Source of the DNA: Verrucomicrobiota bacterium
GTDB taxonomy: Bacteria; Verrucomicrobiota; Verrucomicrobiia; Chthoniobacterales; UBA10450
Direction of reading: 5' to 3'
Assembly: GCA_046727935.1 (NCBI GenBank)
Contig: JBKPDP010000052.1
Span: 6,174 to 70,173, forward strand
Length of the DNA: 64,000 nucleotides
Position numbers and translations under genes: made by a program. This document shows, piece by piece, positions 1-8,700 of this stretch. The notes beneath the pieces are model-generated. The model did not search any database, was not told where the DNA came from, and worked only from the letters and a program-made list of their open reading frames with translations. Every line of letters begins with the position of its first letter. The stretch's first letter is position 1.

Positions 1-360
1 ACGATTGCGGGCAAAACCGGAACCGCGCAAAAGGTTGATCCTCGAGGAGGATACGAGCAGGGGAAGTTTGTTGTTTCTTTCGCAGGCTATCTGCCGGCGG
101 AACATCCCGAGTTTGTAGGTCTGGTGGTGCTGGATGATGCGCACACCAGCAAACCGGAGTTAAACTACGGTGGGCTCATTGCAGGACCAATTTTTTCCCG
201 GGTGGCTGAAAAAGCCGCCCGGTATCTTGATCTTGAGCCGCATGAGGAGATTCGCAAAGCGATTCCCGTAGAGCGAGTCGAAAAAACGATGCCGGCAGAG
301 CGAACGCGCAAAACTAGGCCGGCAGAACGAATCGCCTTAACCAATGCTTCGCACCATTGA
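1..360 (+). CDS. ftsI: Penicillin-binding protein 3 / FtsI-type transpeptidase, C-terminal fragment (5' end lies outside the window)
   Basis: Frame 1 is open from base 1. The translation starts TIAGKTGTAQKV, which contains the KTG motif of PBP transpeptidases. The gene sits directly upstream of murE, as in dcw clusters. Confidence 0.85.
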   Translation, partial: TIAGKTGTAQKVDPRGGYEQGKFVVSFAGYLPAEHPEFVGLVVLDDAHTSKPELNYGGLIAGPIFSRVAEKAARYLDLEPHEEIRKAIPVERVEKTMPAERTRKTRPAERIALTNASHH

Positions 361-418
361 ACACCTCGCCCTGGTTCGCGGCTGCGAATCCGTCCCGCGG
401 TGGACATGTTAAAGCCTC

Positions 419-1903
419 ATGCAGCTCAAGACTCTTCTCGCCGCGACTCCAGTTCGCCAAGTCATCGGGACACTTGATCGCGCAGTGGAAAACATCGCGT
501 ATGACTCGCGGCGAGTGCAAAGGAATGGCATGTTCGTGGCGTTGCGGGGCGAGAAATCCGATGGCCACGAATTCATCGGTCAGGCAATCGAAAAAGGCGC
601 ATCGGTAATCGTAGCCGAACGCGAGGAACAAAATCCGCGCGCAACTTGTCTCGTTGTCGAGAACACGCGCACCGCGCTCGCTGATTTTGCATCAACCTTT
701 TACGGCCACCCGGGGCGCAAATTAAAACTGGCGACGGTCACGGGCACGAACGGTAAAACCACCACTACATTTCTCATCAAGCACATTTGTGAAAATGCCG
801 GTTTGCGTTGCGGATTGATCGGAACGGTGCGCTACGAGATCGGCGAGCGGGTTTTGCCGGCCATTCGCACCACACCAGAATCGCTCGATTTACAAGAGCT
901 ACTGGCGCAGATCGTCAACGCGGGTTGTAAGGCAGCGGCAATGGAAGTTTCTTCGCATGCGCTCGCGCAGGATCGCACGCGTGGGCTCGAATGGAACGTC
1001 GCCGTTTTCACAAATCTTACGCAGGACCATCTCGATTTTCATGGGACCATGAAAAGCTACTTCGAATCCAAGATGAAGCTCTTCACAGGACTCGGGAGTC
1101 AGAAAAGAAAGCGCAAAGCAGTAGCAATTGTGAACGTCGATGATCGCTACGGCGAACAATTGCTCGACAAAATCGACAAACGTATAGGGGTTATCACTTA
1201 CGGAATGGGACTGCGAGCGGATTTCCGCGCTTCAAATTATCGCGTCGAGTCGAGCGGCACTTCTTATCAGCTGGATGCTCGTGGGAAGAGTTATCTGGTT
1301 CGCGTTCCTTTGATTGGCCGGTTTAATGTCACAAACTCCGTGGCGGCGCTGGCTGCCGCCAACGCTCTTGGAATCAATTTGCGTGACGCTGTGTTTAGTC
1401 TTGGCAAGTCGTCGCAAGTGCCGGGCCGCCTGGAATTGGTTCCCGCAAAGCGACAATTTCAAGTTTTCGTGGACTACGCACATACACCCGACGCGCTGGG
1501 GAATGTCCTCAAAACGCTGCGTGAGCTTGAGCCGCATCGGTTGATCGCCGTTTTTGGTTGCGGCGGCAATCGCGACCGGCAGAAGCGCCCGTTGATGGCT
1601 GAAATAGTAGATCGTCATGCTGATTACGCCATAATTACCTCCGATAATCCGCGCAAAGAGAATCCGGACACGATCATCGCCGAGATCGAAAGGGGGTTTC
1701 GCTCGAATCGCTATGAGAAAATTGTTGATCGCACTCAAGCCATTAATCGCGCCATTGCGCTTGCACAGCCGCGCGACATTGTGTTGATCGCAGGCAAGGG
1801 GCACGAAAATTATCAGGAGTTCGCGGATCACACCATTCCGTTCGACGATATTCAAGTCGCGCGACGTGCGATTGAGGACCATCCAGTGGAGTTTTCGTCA
1901 TGA
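419..1903 (+). CDS. murE: UDP-N-acetylmuramoyl-L-alanyl-D-glutamate--2,6-diaminopimelate ligase
   Basis: 494 aa. Carries the Mur ligase P-loop TGTNGKTTT and the DNPR motif typical of meso-DAP-adding MurE. Position in the dcw cluster fits. Confidence 0.95.
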   Translation: MQLKTLLAATPVRQVIGTLDRAVENIAYDSRRVQRNGMFVALRGEKSDGHEFIGQAIEKGASVIVAEREEQNPRATCLVVENTRTALADFASTFYGHPGRKLKLATVTGTNGKTTTTFLIKHICENAGLRCGLIGTVRYEIGERVLPAIRTTPESLDLQELLAQIVNAGCKAAAMEVSSHALAQDRTRGLEWNVAVFTNLTQDHLDFHGTMKSYFESKMKLFTGLGSQKRKRKAVAIVNVDDRYGEQLLDKIDKRIGVITYGMGLRADFRASNYRVESSGTSYQLDARGKSYLVRVPLIGRFNVTNSVAALAAANALGINLRDAVFSLGKSSQVPGRLELVPAKRQFQVFVDYAHTPDALGNVLKTLRELEPHRLIAVFGCGGNRDRQKRPLMAEIVDRHADYAIITSDNPRKENPDTIIAEIERGFRSNRYEKIVDRTQAINRAIALAQPRDIVLIAGKGHENYQEFADHTIPFDDIQVARRAIEDHPVEFSS

Positions 1904-3294
1904 ATCCGCTTCCGCTTTCTCAGATTGCGCAACTGGCCGGCGGCTCGCTTTCCTCCGGAGACGGAACTGTTGTAATCGATAAGGTCGGCACGGATTCGCG
2001 CACGATTAAACGCGGTGAACTGTTCGTAGCGTTGCGCGGTGAAAACTTCGACGGACATAATTTCGTAGAAGCCGCTGCAACAACCGGCGCGGCTGGGGCC
2101 ATAGTTGATTCCAATTGGAGAGGAAAGATTCCGGAGAGTTTCGCGCTCATTCGCGCAAAAGACACTTTGCAGGCGTACCAACAGCTCGCTGCCAACTATC
2201 GAAAGACTCTCAAGTTAAATGTTGTCGCGATTACCGGAAGCAATGGCAAAACCAGCACGAAAGACTTCGCCGCAGCGGTTCTCGCCCGCCGGTTTCGAGT
2301 CACGAAAACGCAGGCAAATTTCAATAACCACGTCGGTTTGCCTCGAACGATTCTGGAGGCCACGTCGCAGGATGAAGTCGCAGTTTGGGAAATCGGAATG
2401 AATCACCCCGGCGAAGTTGCCGCGCTGGCGAAAGTAGCTACGCCCGACGTAGGCATCATTACAAACATTGGTGTCGCGCATATCGAGTTTATGGGGTCGC
2501 GCGAAAGGATTGCGGAGGAGAAAGGCGCGCTTGCAGAAGCGGTTGGTGCCGAGGGAACGGTCATTTTGAACGCTGACGATCCATTTACCGAGCGGATTGC
2601 GGCTCGCACACGCGCCAAAGTGATTCTAGCTGGCACAACTGCTGGTACGATTCGCGCCGGTGAAATCAACCAGAGCGGAAGCGCAACAGATTTTACGATT
2701 CTCGAGGGTGCCCATCGCTGCCGGGCCCAGTTACCTGTGCCTGGTTTACATATGGTGCAGAACGCGCTGCTGGCGATCGCGGCCGGTCGTGTCTTTGGTC
2801 TTTCCTTGGAAGAATGCGCCGCCGGTCTGGTCGCTGCTCCGCTCACGAAAGCGCGTTTGCAAATCAGAGAGATTCACGGCGTGCAGTTTATTGATGACAC
2901 TTACAACGCGAATCCCGATTCCATGAAAGCGGCATTGCGTACGCTGGTGGAACTGGATGCGGATGGAAAACGCATCGCTGTGCTCGGCGAAATGAAGGAA
3001 CTTGGTTCCGAATCGGAGCTCGCCCATCAGGAAGTAGGGGAAACCGCCGCGATGTTCGGGATCGATCGGCTCATTACGATCGGTGACATGGCTGAAGCCA
3101 TTGCGCGGGCGGCGCGTGCTAGTGGCCTGGAAAACACGACGGCCGTGAGATCGACGAGGGAAGCCGCGGAGTTGTTAGGCCAAATTGCTGGGCCGGGCGA
3201 TCTCATTCTGGTAAAGGGCAGCCGGTCCGCCCGCACTGAGCAAGTCATCGAGGCTTTTGGGCATCGTCAGTCGTCATTCGTCACTTCGCCATGA
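1900..3294 (+). CDS. murF: UDP-N-acetylmuramoyl-tripeptide--D-alanyl-D-alanine ligase
   Basis: 464 aa with the TGSNGKTSTKD P-loop. A 4-nt overlap with the murE stop and the dcw gene order support the call. Confidence 0.93.
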   Translation: MNPLPLSQIAQLAGGSLSSGDGTVVIDKVGTDSRTIKRGELFVALRGENFDGHNFVEAAATTGAAGAIVDSNWRGKIPESFALIRAKDTLQAYQQLAANYRKTLKLNVVAITGSNGKTSTKDFAAAVLARRFRVTKTQANFNNHVGLPRTILEATSQDEVAVWEIGMNHPGEVAALAKVATPDVGIITNIGVAHIEFMGSRERIAEEKGALAEAVGAEGTVILNADDPFTERIAARTRAKVILAGTTAGTIRAGEINQSGSATDFTILEGAHRCRAQLPVPGLHMVQNALLAIAAGRVFGLSLEECAAGLVAAPLTKARLQIREIHGVQFIDDTYNANPDSMKAALRTLVELDADGKRIAVLGEMKELGSESELAHQEVGETAAMFGIDRLITIGDMAEAIARAARASGLENTTAVRSTREAAELLGQIAGPGDLILVKGSRSARTEQVIEAFGHRQSSFVTSP

Positions 3295-4391
3295 TGTACT
3301 TCCTCCATCACCTGAGCGATCGGTTCATCGGATTCAACGTTTTTCTTTATGTTACGTTCCGAGCTATTGCCGCGGCGGTGACAGCATTCCTTGTCACGTT
3401 GATTTTTGGGAACTTCATTATCCGAAGACTCATCGCGCTGAAATTGGGACAACCGATTCGCAGTGCGGCGGAAGTTCACCGTCTCGCTGAACTACATGGC
3501 GGTAAACAGGGCACGCCCACGATGGGCGGCGTGCTGGTTATCGGCGCAGTCTTTGTGTCCAGTCTGATTTGGGCGCGCCTCGATAACCGGTTCGTTTGGC
3601 TGGTCCTCTTTTGCATGATTTATCTCGGTGCCCTCGGGTTCGCTGATGATTACCTCAAGGTGACGAAGAAGAAGTCCGATGGCATCAGCGGCCGGATCAA
3701 ACTGCTTTTTCAGATCGCTCTTGCCGCAATTGTCACGGCCGTTTTTCTCACCAGCCCGTTGCTGGAAGTGCAGGCGCGTTCGCTCTACGTGCCGTTCGTT
3801 AAGGCGCCAGTCATTGGTAACATGGGCTGGTTTACCTTCGTATTTTTTCTTCTCGTCATCGTAGGTTCCTCGAATGCCGTAAATCTCACCGACGGACTCG
3901 ATGGCCTGGCGATTGGTTGCACCATTACCGTGGCGTTTGCATATGCTCTGCTCTCTTACGCGGCTGGGAATTTCCGAATCGCTGAATATTTACAGGTCCC
4001 GTTTTATCCATTTGCCGGAGAACTAACTGTCGTCTGCTCCGCACTGATCGGCGCGGGTCTGGGCTTCCTCTGGTTTAATTGTTTTCCAGCGAAGGTTTTT
4101 ATGGGCGATACCGGGTCGCTCGCTATTGGCGGCATGATTGGCGTCGTGGCGATCTGTTGCAAGCAGGAGCTGCTCTTAGTTGTCGTAGGCGGTGTTTTCG
4201 TAATCGAAGCCGTCTCGGTGATTTTGCAGGTGATGAGTTTCAAACTGACGGGCAAACGGATTTTCGTCATGTCTCCGCTTCATCATCACTTCGAATTGAC
4301 TGGCTGGAAGGAAAATACGGTCATCGTTCGGTTTTGGATTCTCTCAATCATCTTCGCGTTGCTTGGGTTGGCGACCCTGAAACTGAGGTAA
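3291..4391 (+). CDS. mraY: Phospho-N-acetylmuramoyl-pentapeptide transferase
   Basis: 366 aa polytopic membrane protein with MraY-type motifs (NAVNLTDGLDGLA, MGDTGSLAIGG). Overlaps the murF stop. Confidence 0.95.
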   Translation: MMYFLHHLSDRFIGFNVFLYVTFRAIAAAVTAFLVTLIFGNFIIRRLIALKLGQPIRSAAEVHRLAELHGGKQGTPTMGGVLVIGAVFVSSLIWARLDNRFVWLVLFCMIYLGALGFADDYLKVTKKKSDGISGRIKLLFQIALAAIVTAVFLTSPLLEVQARSLYVPFVKAPVIGNMGWFTFVFFLLVIVGSSNAVNLTDGLDGLAIGCTITVAFAYALLSYAAGNFRIAEYLQVPFYPFAGELTVVCSALIGAGLGFLWFNCFPAKVFMGDTGSLAIGGMIGVVAICCKQELLLVVVGGVFVIEAVSVILQVMSFKLTGKRIFVMSPLHHHFELTGWKENTVIVRFWILSIIFALLGLATLKLR

Positions 4392-4394
4392 AAC

Positions 4395-5729
4395 GTGCGC
4401 TACAAGAATCAAAATATTGCCGTTCTTGGAGCAGGATTGAGTGGGAGCGCCGCTGCGCTGCTGCTCAGATCGGAGGGCGCGCAGGTTACAGTGCTCGATA
4501 GTGCCGAGGAAAAGAATTTACTTAAATCAACCATCGACAATCTGCGGGCGCACGATGTGCGCGTAATTTGCGGGACGACCGCCGACGAAGACTCATCTAC
4601 TTATCAAATGGCGGTCTTAAGTCCGGGGATCGATCCGGCTTCTCGGCTGGCGCGTAATTTCTCATCGCGCGGACTTGATATCATCGGCGAGCTCGAACTG
4701 GGTTGGCGCTTTTGCGAAATTCCGGTCATCGCTGTCACCGGGACGAACGGCAAAACCACAACGACGGAATTGCTCGCGCAGATGTTGAATGCCTGTGGCC
4801 AGCGAACGATTGCCTGCGGAAATATTGGGAAACCGCTTTCCGAAGTGGCGTGCGAGAAGCAGCCATACGACGTGCTCACTGTCGAGGTGAGCTCGTTCCA
4901 ATTGGAAACGATTCGCTCCTTTCACCCATCCATTAGTCTCTGGCTCAACTTCGCTCCGGACCATCTCGATCGTTATCGCTCGGTGGCGGAATATCGCGCG
5001 GCCAAGCTGCGCATTTTTGAAAATCAAACCGATGCCGATGTAGCTGTCGTCAATGCCATCGAAAAAATACCGAATATCCATACCCGTACGATCACGTTTA
5101 GCGCTTACGCCAATCGGGCAGACTTCCGAGTCTCAGAAGGAGCGATTCTTTACCGCGACGAATCAGTTCTGCGATTGGCGGACCTCAGGTTGCGTGGCTT
5201 GCATAACATCGAGAATTTGATGGCGACCCTTGCCGTCGGCATGGCGCGCGGATTGTCGTTCCAGGCGATGGTGCCACCGCTCTGTGCTTATGAGCCCCGT
5301 CCGCATCGATGCGAGTTTATACGCGAAGTCGACGGCGTCGCCTATATGAACGATTCCAAGGCGACCAACCTCGACGCAGTGGACAAGGCGTTGCGCGCGC
5401 AAAGCAAGCCGGTCGTCCTAATCGCCGGCGGCAAGGACAAAGGATTTACCTTTGATCCGCTTAGATCTCTTGTGAAGGAGAAGGTCAGATCAACGATTTT
5501 GATCGGCGAAATGGCCGAAAGCATCAGGCGCTCCTGGGCTGGCGCGGTCAAATCCGAGATCGCAAGCTCGCTGGCGGATGCAGTTGAACGCGCACATACC
5601 AGCGCAAAACCCGGGGAAATCGTTCTTTTTTCTCCGGGCACGTCGTCGTTCGACATGTTCAAAAGCTACGTAGATCGGGGTGATCAATTTCGCGCGCTCG
5701 TGCAAGCTCTGCCCCAAACCAACCGATGA
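4395..5729 (+). CDS. murD: UDP-N-acetylmuramoylalanine--D-glutamate ligase
   Basis: 444 aa with a GTG start. Has an N-terminal Rossmann-like segment (VLGAGLSGSAAA) and the VTGTNGKTTT P-loop. Confidence 0.93.
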   Translation: MRYKNQNIAVLGAGLSGSAAALLLRSEGAQVTVLDSAEEKNLLKSTIDNLRAHDVRVICGTTADEDSSTYQMAVLSPGIDPASRLARNFSSRGLDIIGELELGWRFCEIPVIAVTGTNGKTTTTELLAQMLNACGQRTIACGNIGKPLSEVACEKQPYDVLTVEVSSFQLETIRSFHPSISLWLNFAPDHLDRYRSVAEYRAAKLRIFENQTDADVAVVNAIEKIPNIHTRTITFSAYANRADFRVSEGAILYRDESVLRLADLRLRGLHNIENLMATLAVGMARGLSFQAMVPPLCAYEPRPHRCEFIREVDGVAYMNDSKATNLDAVDKALRAQSKPVVLIAGGKDKGFTFDPLRSLVKEKVRSTILIGEMAESIRRSWAGAVKSEIASSLADAVERAHTSAKPGEIVLFSPGTSSFDMFKSYVDRGDQFRALVQALPQTNR

Positions 5730-6397
5730 AAATCCCGCGCCTCCTCAGACGTAACAAACTCTGGGCCGCGACCGCGCGTCGCTCCTCCGCAGCGTCTGCT
5801 GGAATGGACTTTGAAGAAATGCCGGAACCGAACATGAAATTGTCGCGGGCGCTACTGATTGTCTTGGTTCTTCACATAGTAGCCGTGTCGGGAATCATCG
5901 CATTCAACGCGATCAAAACACGGGAGAGTTCGTTTGTGCCGGCGGCCCCGGTAAACACGGAGCCTAGACCACCTGACACGGTGGGCGCAGCAATTCACAC
6001 TGATGGCGCCAAGCCGCAAACTGCGGTGGCGCAAAAGGAGAATGTGTCCCGCGAAGATCCAAAGCCTTCACATTCGCCTTCGAAACCATCTTCAAAAGAC
6101 GACCACGCGAAGGCACCCTCCTTCGCCAAGGCTACGGCGGGCAAGCCTCTATCTTCTGGAAAAACTTACGTTGTGAAAAAAGGCGATAATCCGGTGACGA
6201 TCGCAAAAAAACTAAAGGTCTCTTATGACGATCTGATCGCGCTCAACCATATCGAGGATCCGCGCAAATTACGGATTGGCCAAAAACTGTTAATTCCCAA
6301 GACAACTAAGCCAAAAACGACGAACGGAAAAGCAGCGGACCCCAAAGAGAAGAAAAATGAAGTGCGCCACGCAAAGCAGCAAGCGGGCTCGACATGA
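5726..6397 (+). CDS. Bitopic membrane protein with a Pro/Lys-rich linker and a C-terminal LysM peptidoglycan-binding domain
   Basis: 223 aa. It has a basic N-terminus, one TM helix (LLIVLVLHIVAVSGIIAFNAI), a low-complexity linker, then a LysM domain (YVVKKGDNPVTIAKKLKVSYDDLIALNHIEDPRKLRIGQKLLIP). ATGA overlaps link it to the murD stop and to the ftsW start. Confidence 0.8.
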   Translation: MKIPRLLRRNKLWAATARRSSAASAGMDFEEMPEPNMKLSRALLIVLVLHIVAVSGIIAFNAIKTRESSFVPAAPVNTEPRPPDTVGAAIHTDGAKPQTAVAQKENVSREDPKPSHSPSKPSSKDDHAKAPSFAKATAGKPLSSGKTYVVKKGDNPVTIAKKLKVSYDDLIALNHIEDPRKLRIGQKLLIPKTTKPKTTNGKAADPKEKKNEVRHAKQQAGST

Positions 6398-7542
6398 CCA
6401 TGCACCGTAAGAGCGCCTATATCCTTTTTCTCGCAGTGCTGGGCCTTCTCGTTATCGGGATTGTCATGCTCTTTAGTACCAGCGCGTTTGCGCGCGATAG
6501 TCACGGAGACGTCTATTTTTTCATCAGACGGCAGGCGATTTGGTTCGGGATTGGCCTTGCGGTCTGCGTCCTTGCCGCGCTGATAGATTATCACTTTTGG
6601 CAGCGCACATGGTGGCTGTGGTTTGCGCTGGCGATCGTGGCTTTATCCCTTTGCTATTTTCCGCACATCGGGATGCGCCTTAACGGATCGCGCCGTTGGA
6701 TCGGCATCGGCCCGGTAACTTTTCAGCCCTCGGAACTCGCGAAGCTGGCGGTAATTGTTTTCCTCGCTGCCTGGTTTGCGCGACGCGAAGAAGGAGGACG
6801 CAATGTCCTCTCTGGACTTATTCTTCCGCTTGCAATCGTTAGCCTCCCAGCGGGGCTTGTTCTGGGAGAAGTCGATCTGGGAACGACGGCTCTGCTGGGA
6901 ACAACCGCATTTGTTGTCATGTTCGTTGCCGGAGCGAATCCATTGTGGCTCGGCATCATATCGTTCGTCGGTCTTGGCACGCTTCTGATCGTTGCCAGCC
7001 GAATTTCTGAGCGAATGGGACGGCTCTCCGCTTTTCTTCATCCGCAGAACTACAAGGAGGACGCTGGCTTGCAGCAGTTGCAGGCGTTGATCGCCTGGGG
7101 GAGCGGCGGAATGGAAGGACTCGGCCTGGGTAATGGTCGCCAAAAGATGCTTTATCTGCCGTACGCGCACACCGATTTCATTTTTCCAATTATTGGCGAA
7201 GAGCTAGGTCTGCGGTTCAGTCTGCTCGTGATCTTTTTGTTCGTGGTCATCATTGTTTGCGGCGTCATGATCGCGTTGCACGCCAAGGATCGGTTCGGGT
7301 TGCTTCTGGGCTGTGGCGTTGTTTCGCTGCTGGCTCTGCAGGCCGCAGCCAATATCGGTGTGACCACGTCGCTCCTGCCGAACAAAGGGCTGCCGCTGCC
7401 GTTTATTAGTTATGGTGGTTCGAACCTGGTCGCATGCATGTTTGGCGTCGGTTTGTTACTGAACATATATCGGCAGGGCATTCTTGAGCCGCCGCAGAAG
7501 AAACCTGTGGCCATGCGGGTCCGAGTAACGCCACGTATTTAG
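6394..7542 (+). CDS. ftsW: SEDS-family cell-division protein FtsW (peptidoglycan glycosyltransferase)
   Basis: 382 aa polytopic protein with FtsW/RodA/SpoVE-like sequence (PSELAKLA, HTDFIF, LPLPFISYGGSN). Position in the dcw cluster fits. Confidence 0.92.
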   Translation: MTMHRKSAYILFLAVLGLLVIGIVMLFSTSAFARDSHGDVYFFIRRQAIWFGIGLAVCVLAALIDYHFWQRTWWLWFALAIVALSLCYFPHIGMRLNGSRRWIGIGPVTFQPSELAKLAVIVFLAAWFARREEGGRNVLSGLILPLAIVSLPAGLVLGEVDLGTTALLGTTAFVVMFVAGANPLWLGIISFVGLGTLLIVASRISERMGRLSAFLHPQNYKEDAGLQQLQALIAWGSGGMEGLGLGNGRQKMLYLPYAHTDFIFPIIGEELGLRFSLLVIFLFVVIIVCGVMIALHAKDRFGLLLGCGVVSLLALQAAANIGVTTSLLPNKGLPLPFISYGGSNLVACMFGVGLLLNIYRQGILEPPQKKPVAMRVRVTPRI

Positions 7543-7602
7543 CGCCAATGAATTCAATAGATTGTATAAGTCGTATGAGTCGGAGGTGAAGGATCAGATC
7601 TT

Positions 7603-8700
7603 ATGAATGCAGTGATCGCATGCGGAGGAACTGGCGGACATCTTTTTCCCGGCATCGCCGTGGCAGAAGTGCTGCGCAACCGTGGCCACGAAGTAATGCT
7701 GTTAGTTTCCGAGAAAGACATTGACGCTCTGGCGCTCTCCGGTCGCGGAAGTTTCCGGGTGGAAAAATTGCCCACGGTGGGATTGCCGTCGCCATTTTCC
7801 CCGGCGTTCTTTGGTTTCATTCGCCGCTTTTATGAAAGCTTGGCGCTTTGTCGATCCATCTACCGTACATTCAAGCCCCAGGTCGTTCTGGGCATGGGCG
7901 GGTTCACTTCCACTGCGCCGGTCTTGGCCGGCCGGATACGTGGTATTCCCACCTTTATTCACGAATCCAACGCTGTCCCTGGCAAAGCGAACCGCCTGAC
8001 AGCGCGGGTGGTGCGCGCGGTCATGCTAGGCTTCAAAGAATGCGCGCCTTTTTTTCCAAGGACCGATACAGAAGTAACCGGCACGCCGGTCCGGACCGAA
8101 CTGGTTCGTTTGGATCGACAAATGGCGCGTCAAAAACTTGGGCTCCGCGAGGATCTCATCACGCTGCTTGTGATGGGAGGCAGCCAGGGCGCCAGCGGAA
8201 TTAATCAGGCGATGATTAAAGCGCTGCCGTTTTTGCGGGGCGTTCGGCTGCAAGTGATTCACCTTTCCGGCGCACGCGATGAACGTCTGGTTGCAGACAA
8301 TTATCGCCGCGAAAATGTTCCCGCCCACATCGCTGCCTTCCATCATCGAATGGAAGAAGTTTACAGCGCAGCCGATCTCGTTGTTGCGCGCGCGGGCGCG
8401 GCTAGTCTTGCGGAATTCGCCACTTTTTCGTTGCCCGGCATCCTGATTCCATTTCCCTATGCGACCAATGATCATCAGACCCGTAACGCGGAGATCTATG
8501 CTCGCGCTCAGGCAGCGATTCTCCTGAAGGAGTCAGAACTCTCGGGCGAATTACTCGCGCGCAAAATTCGAGAGTTGATCGAGGATCCGGAGCGAATTCG
8601 ACAAATGGCTGCGAATTGCTCTCGCCTGGCACCGAAGGATGCGGCCGGGCATGTAGCCACGACGATGGAGAGATATACAACTCATGAAGCCCGTTTCTGA
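7603..8700 (+). CDS. murG: UDP-N-acetylglucosamine--N-acetylmuramyl-(pentapeptide) pyrophosphoryl-undecaprenol GlcNAc transferase
   Basis: 365 aa with the N-terminal GGTGGHLFPGIAVAE motif and GT28 architecture. Confidence 0.93.
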   Translation: MNAVIACGGTGGHLFPGIAVAEVLRNRGHEVMLLVSEKDIDALALSGRGSFRVEKLPTVGLPSPFSPAFFGFIRRFYESLALCRSIYRTFKPQVVLGMGGFTSTAPVLAGRIRGIPTFIHESNAVPGKANRLTARVVRAVMLGFKECAPFFPRTDTEVTGTPVRTELVRLDRQMARQKLGLREDLITLLVMGGSQGASGINQAMIKALPFLRGVRLQVIHLSGARDERLVADNYRRENVPAHIAAFHHRMEEVYSAADLVVARAGAASLAEFATFSLPGILIPFPYATNDHQTRNAEIYARAQAAILLKESELSGELLARKIRELIEDPERIRQMAANCSRLAPKDAAGHVATTMERYTTHEARF

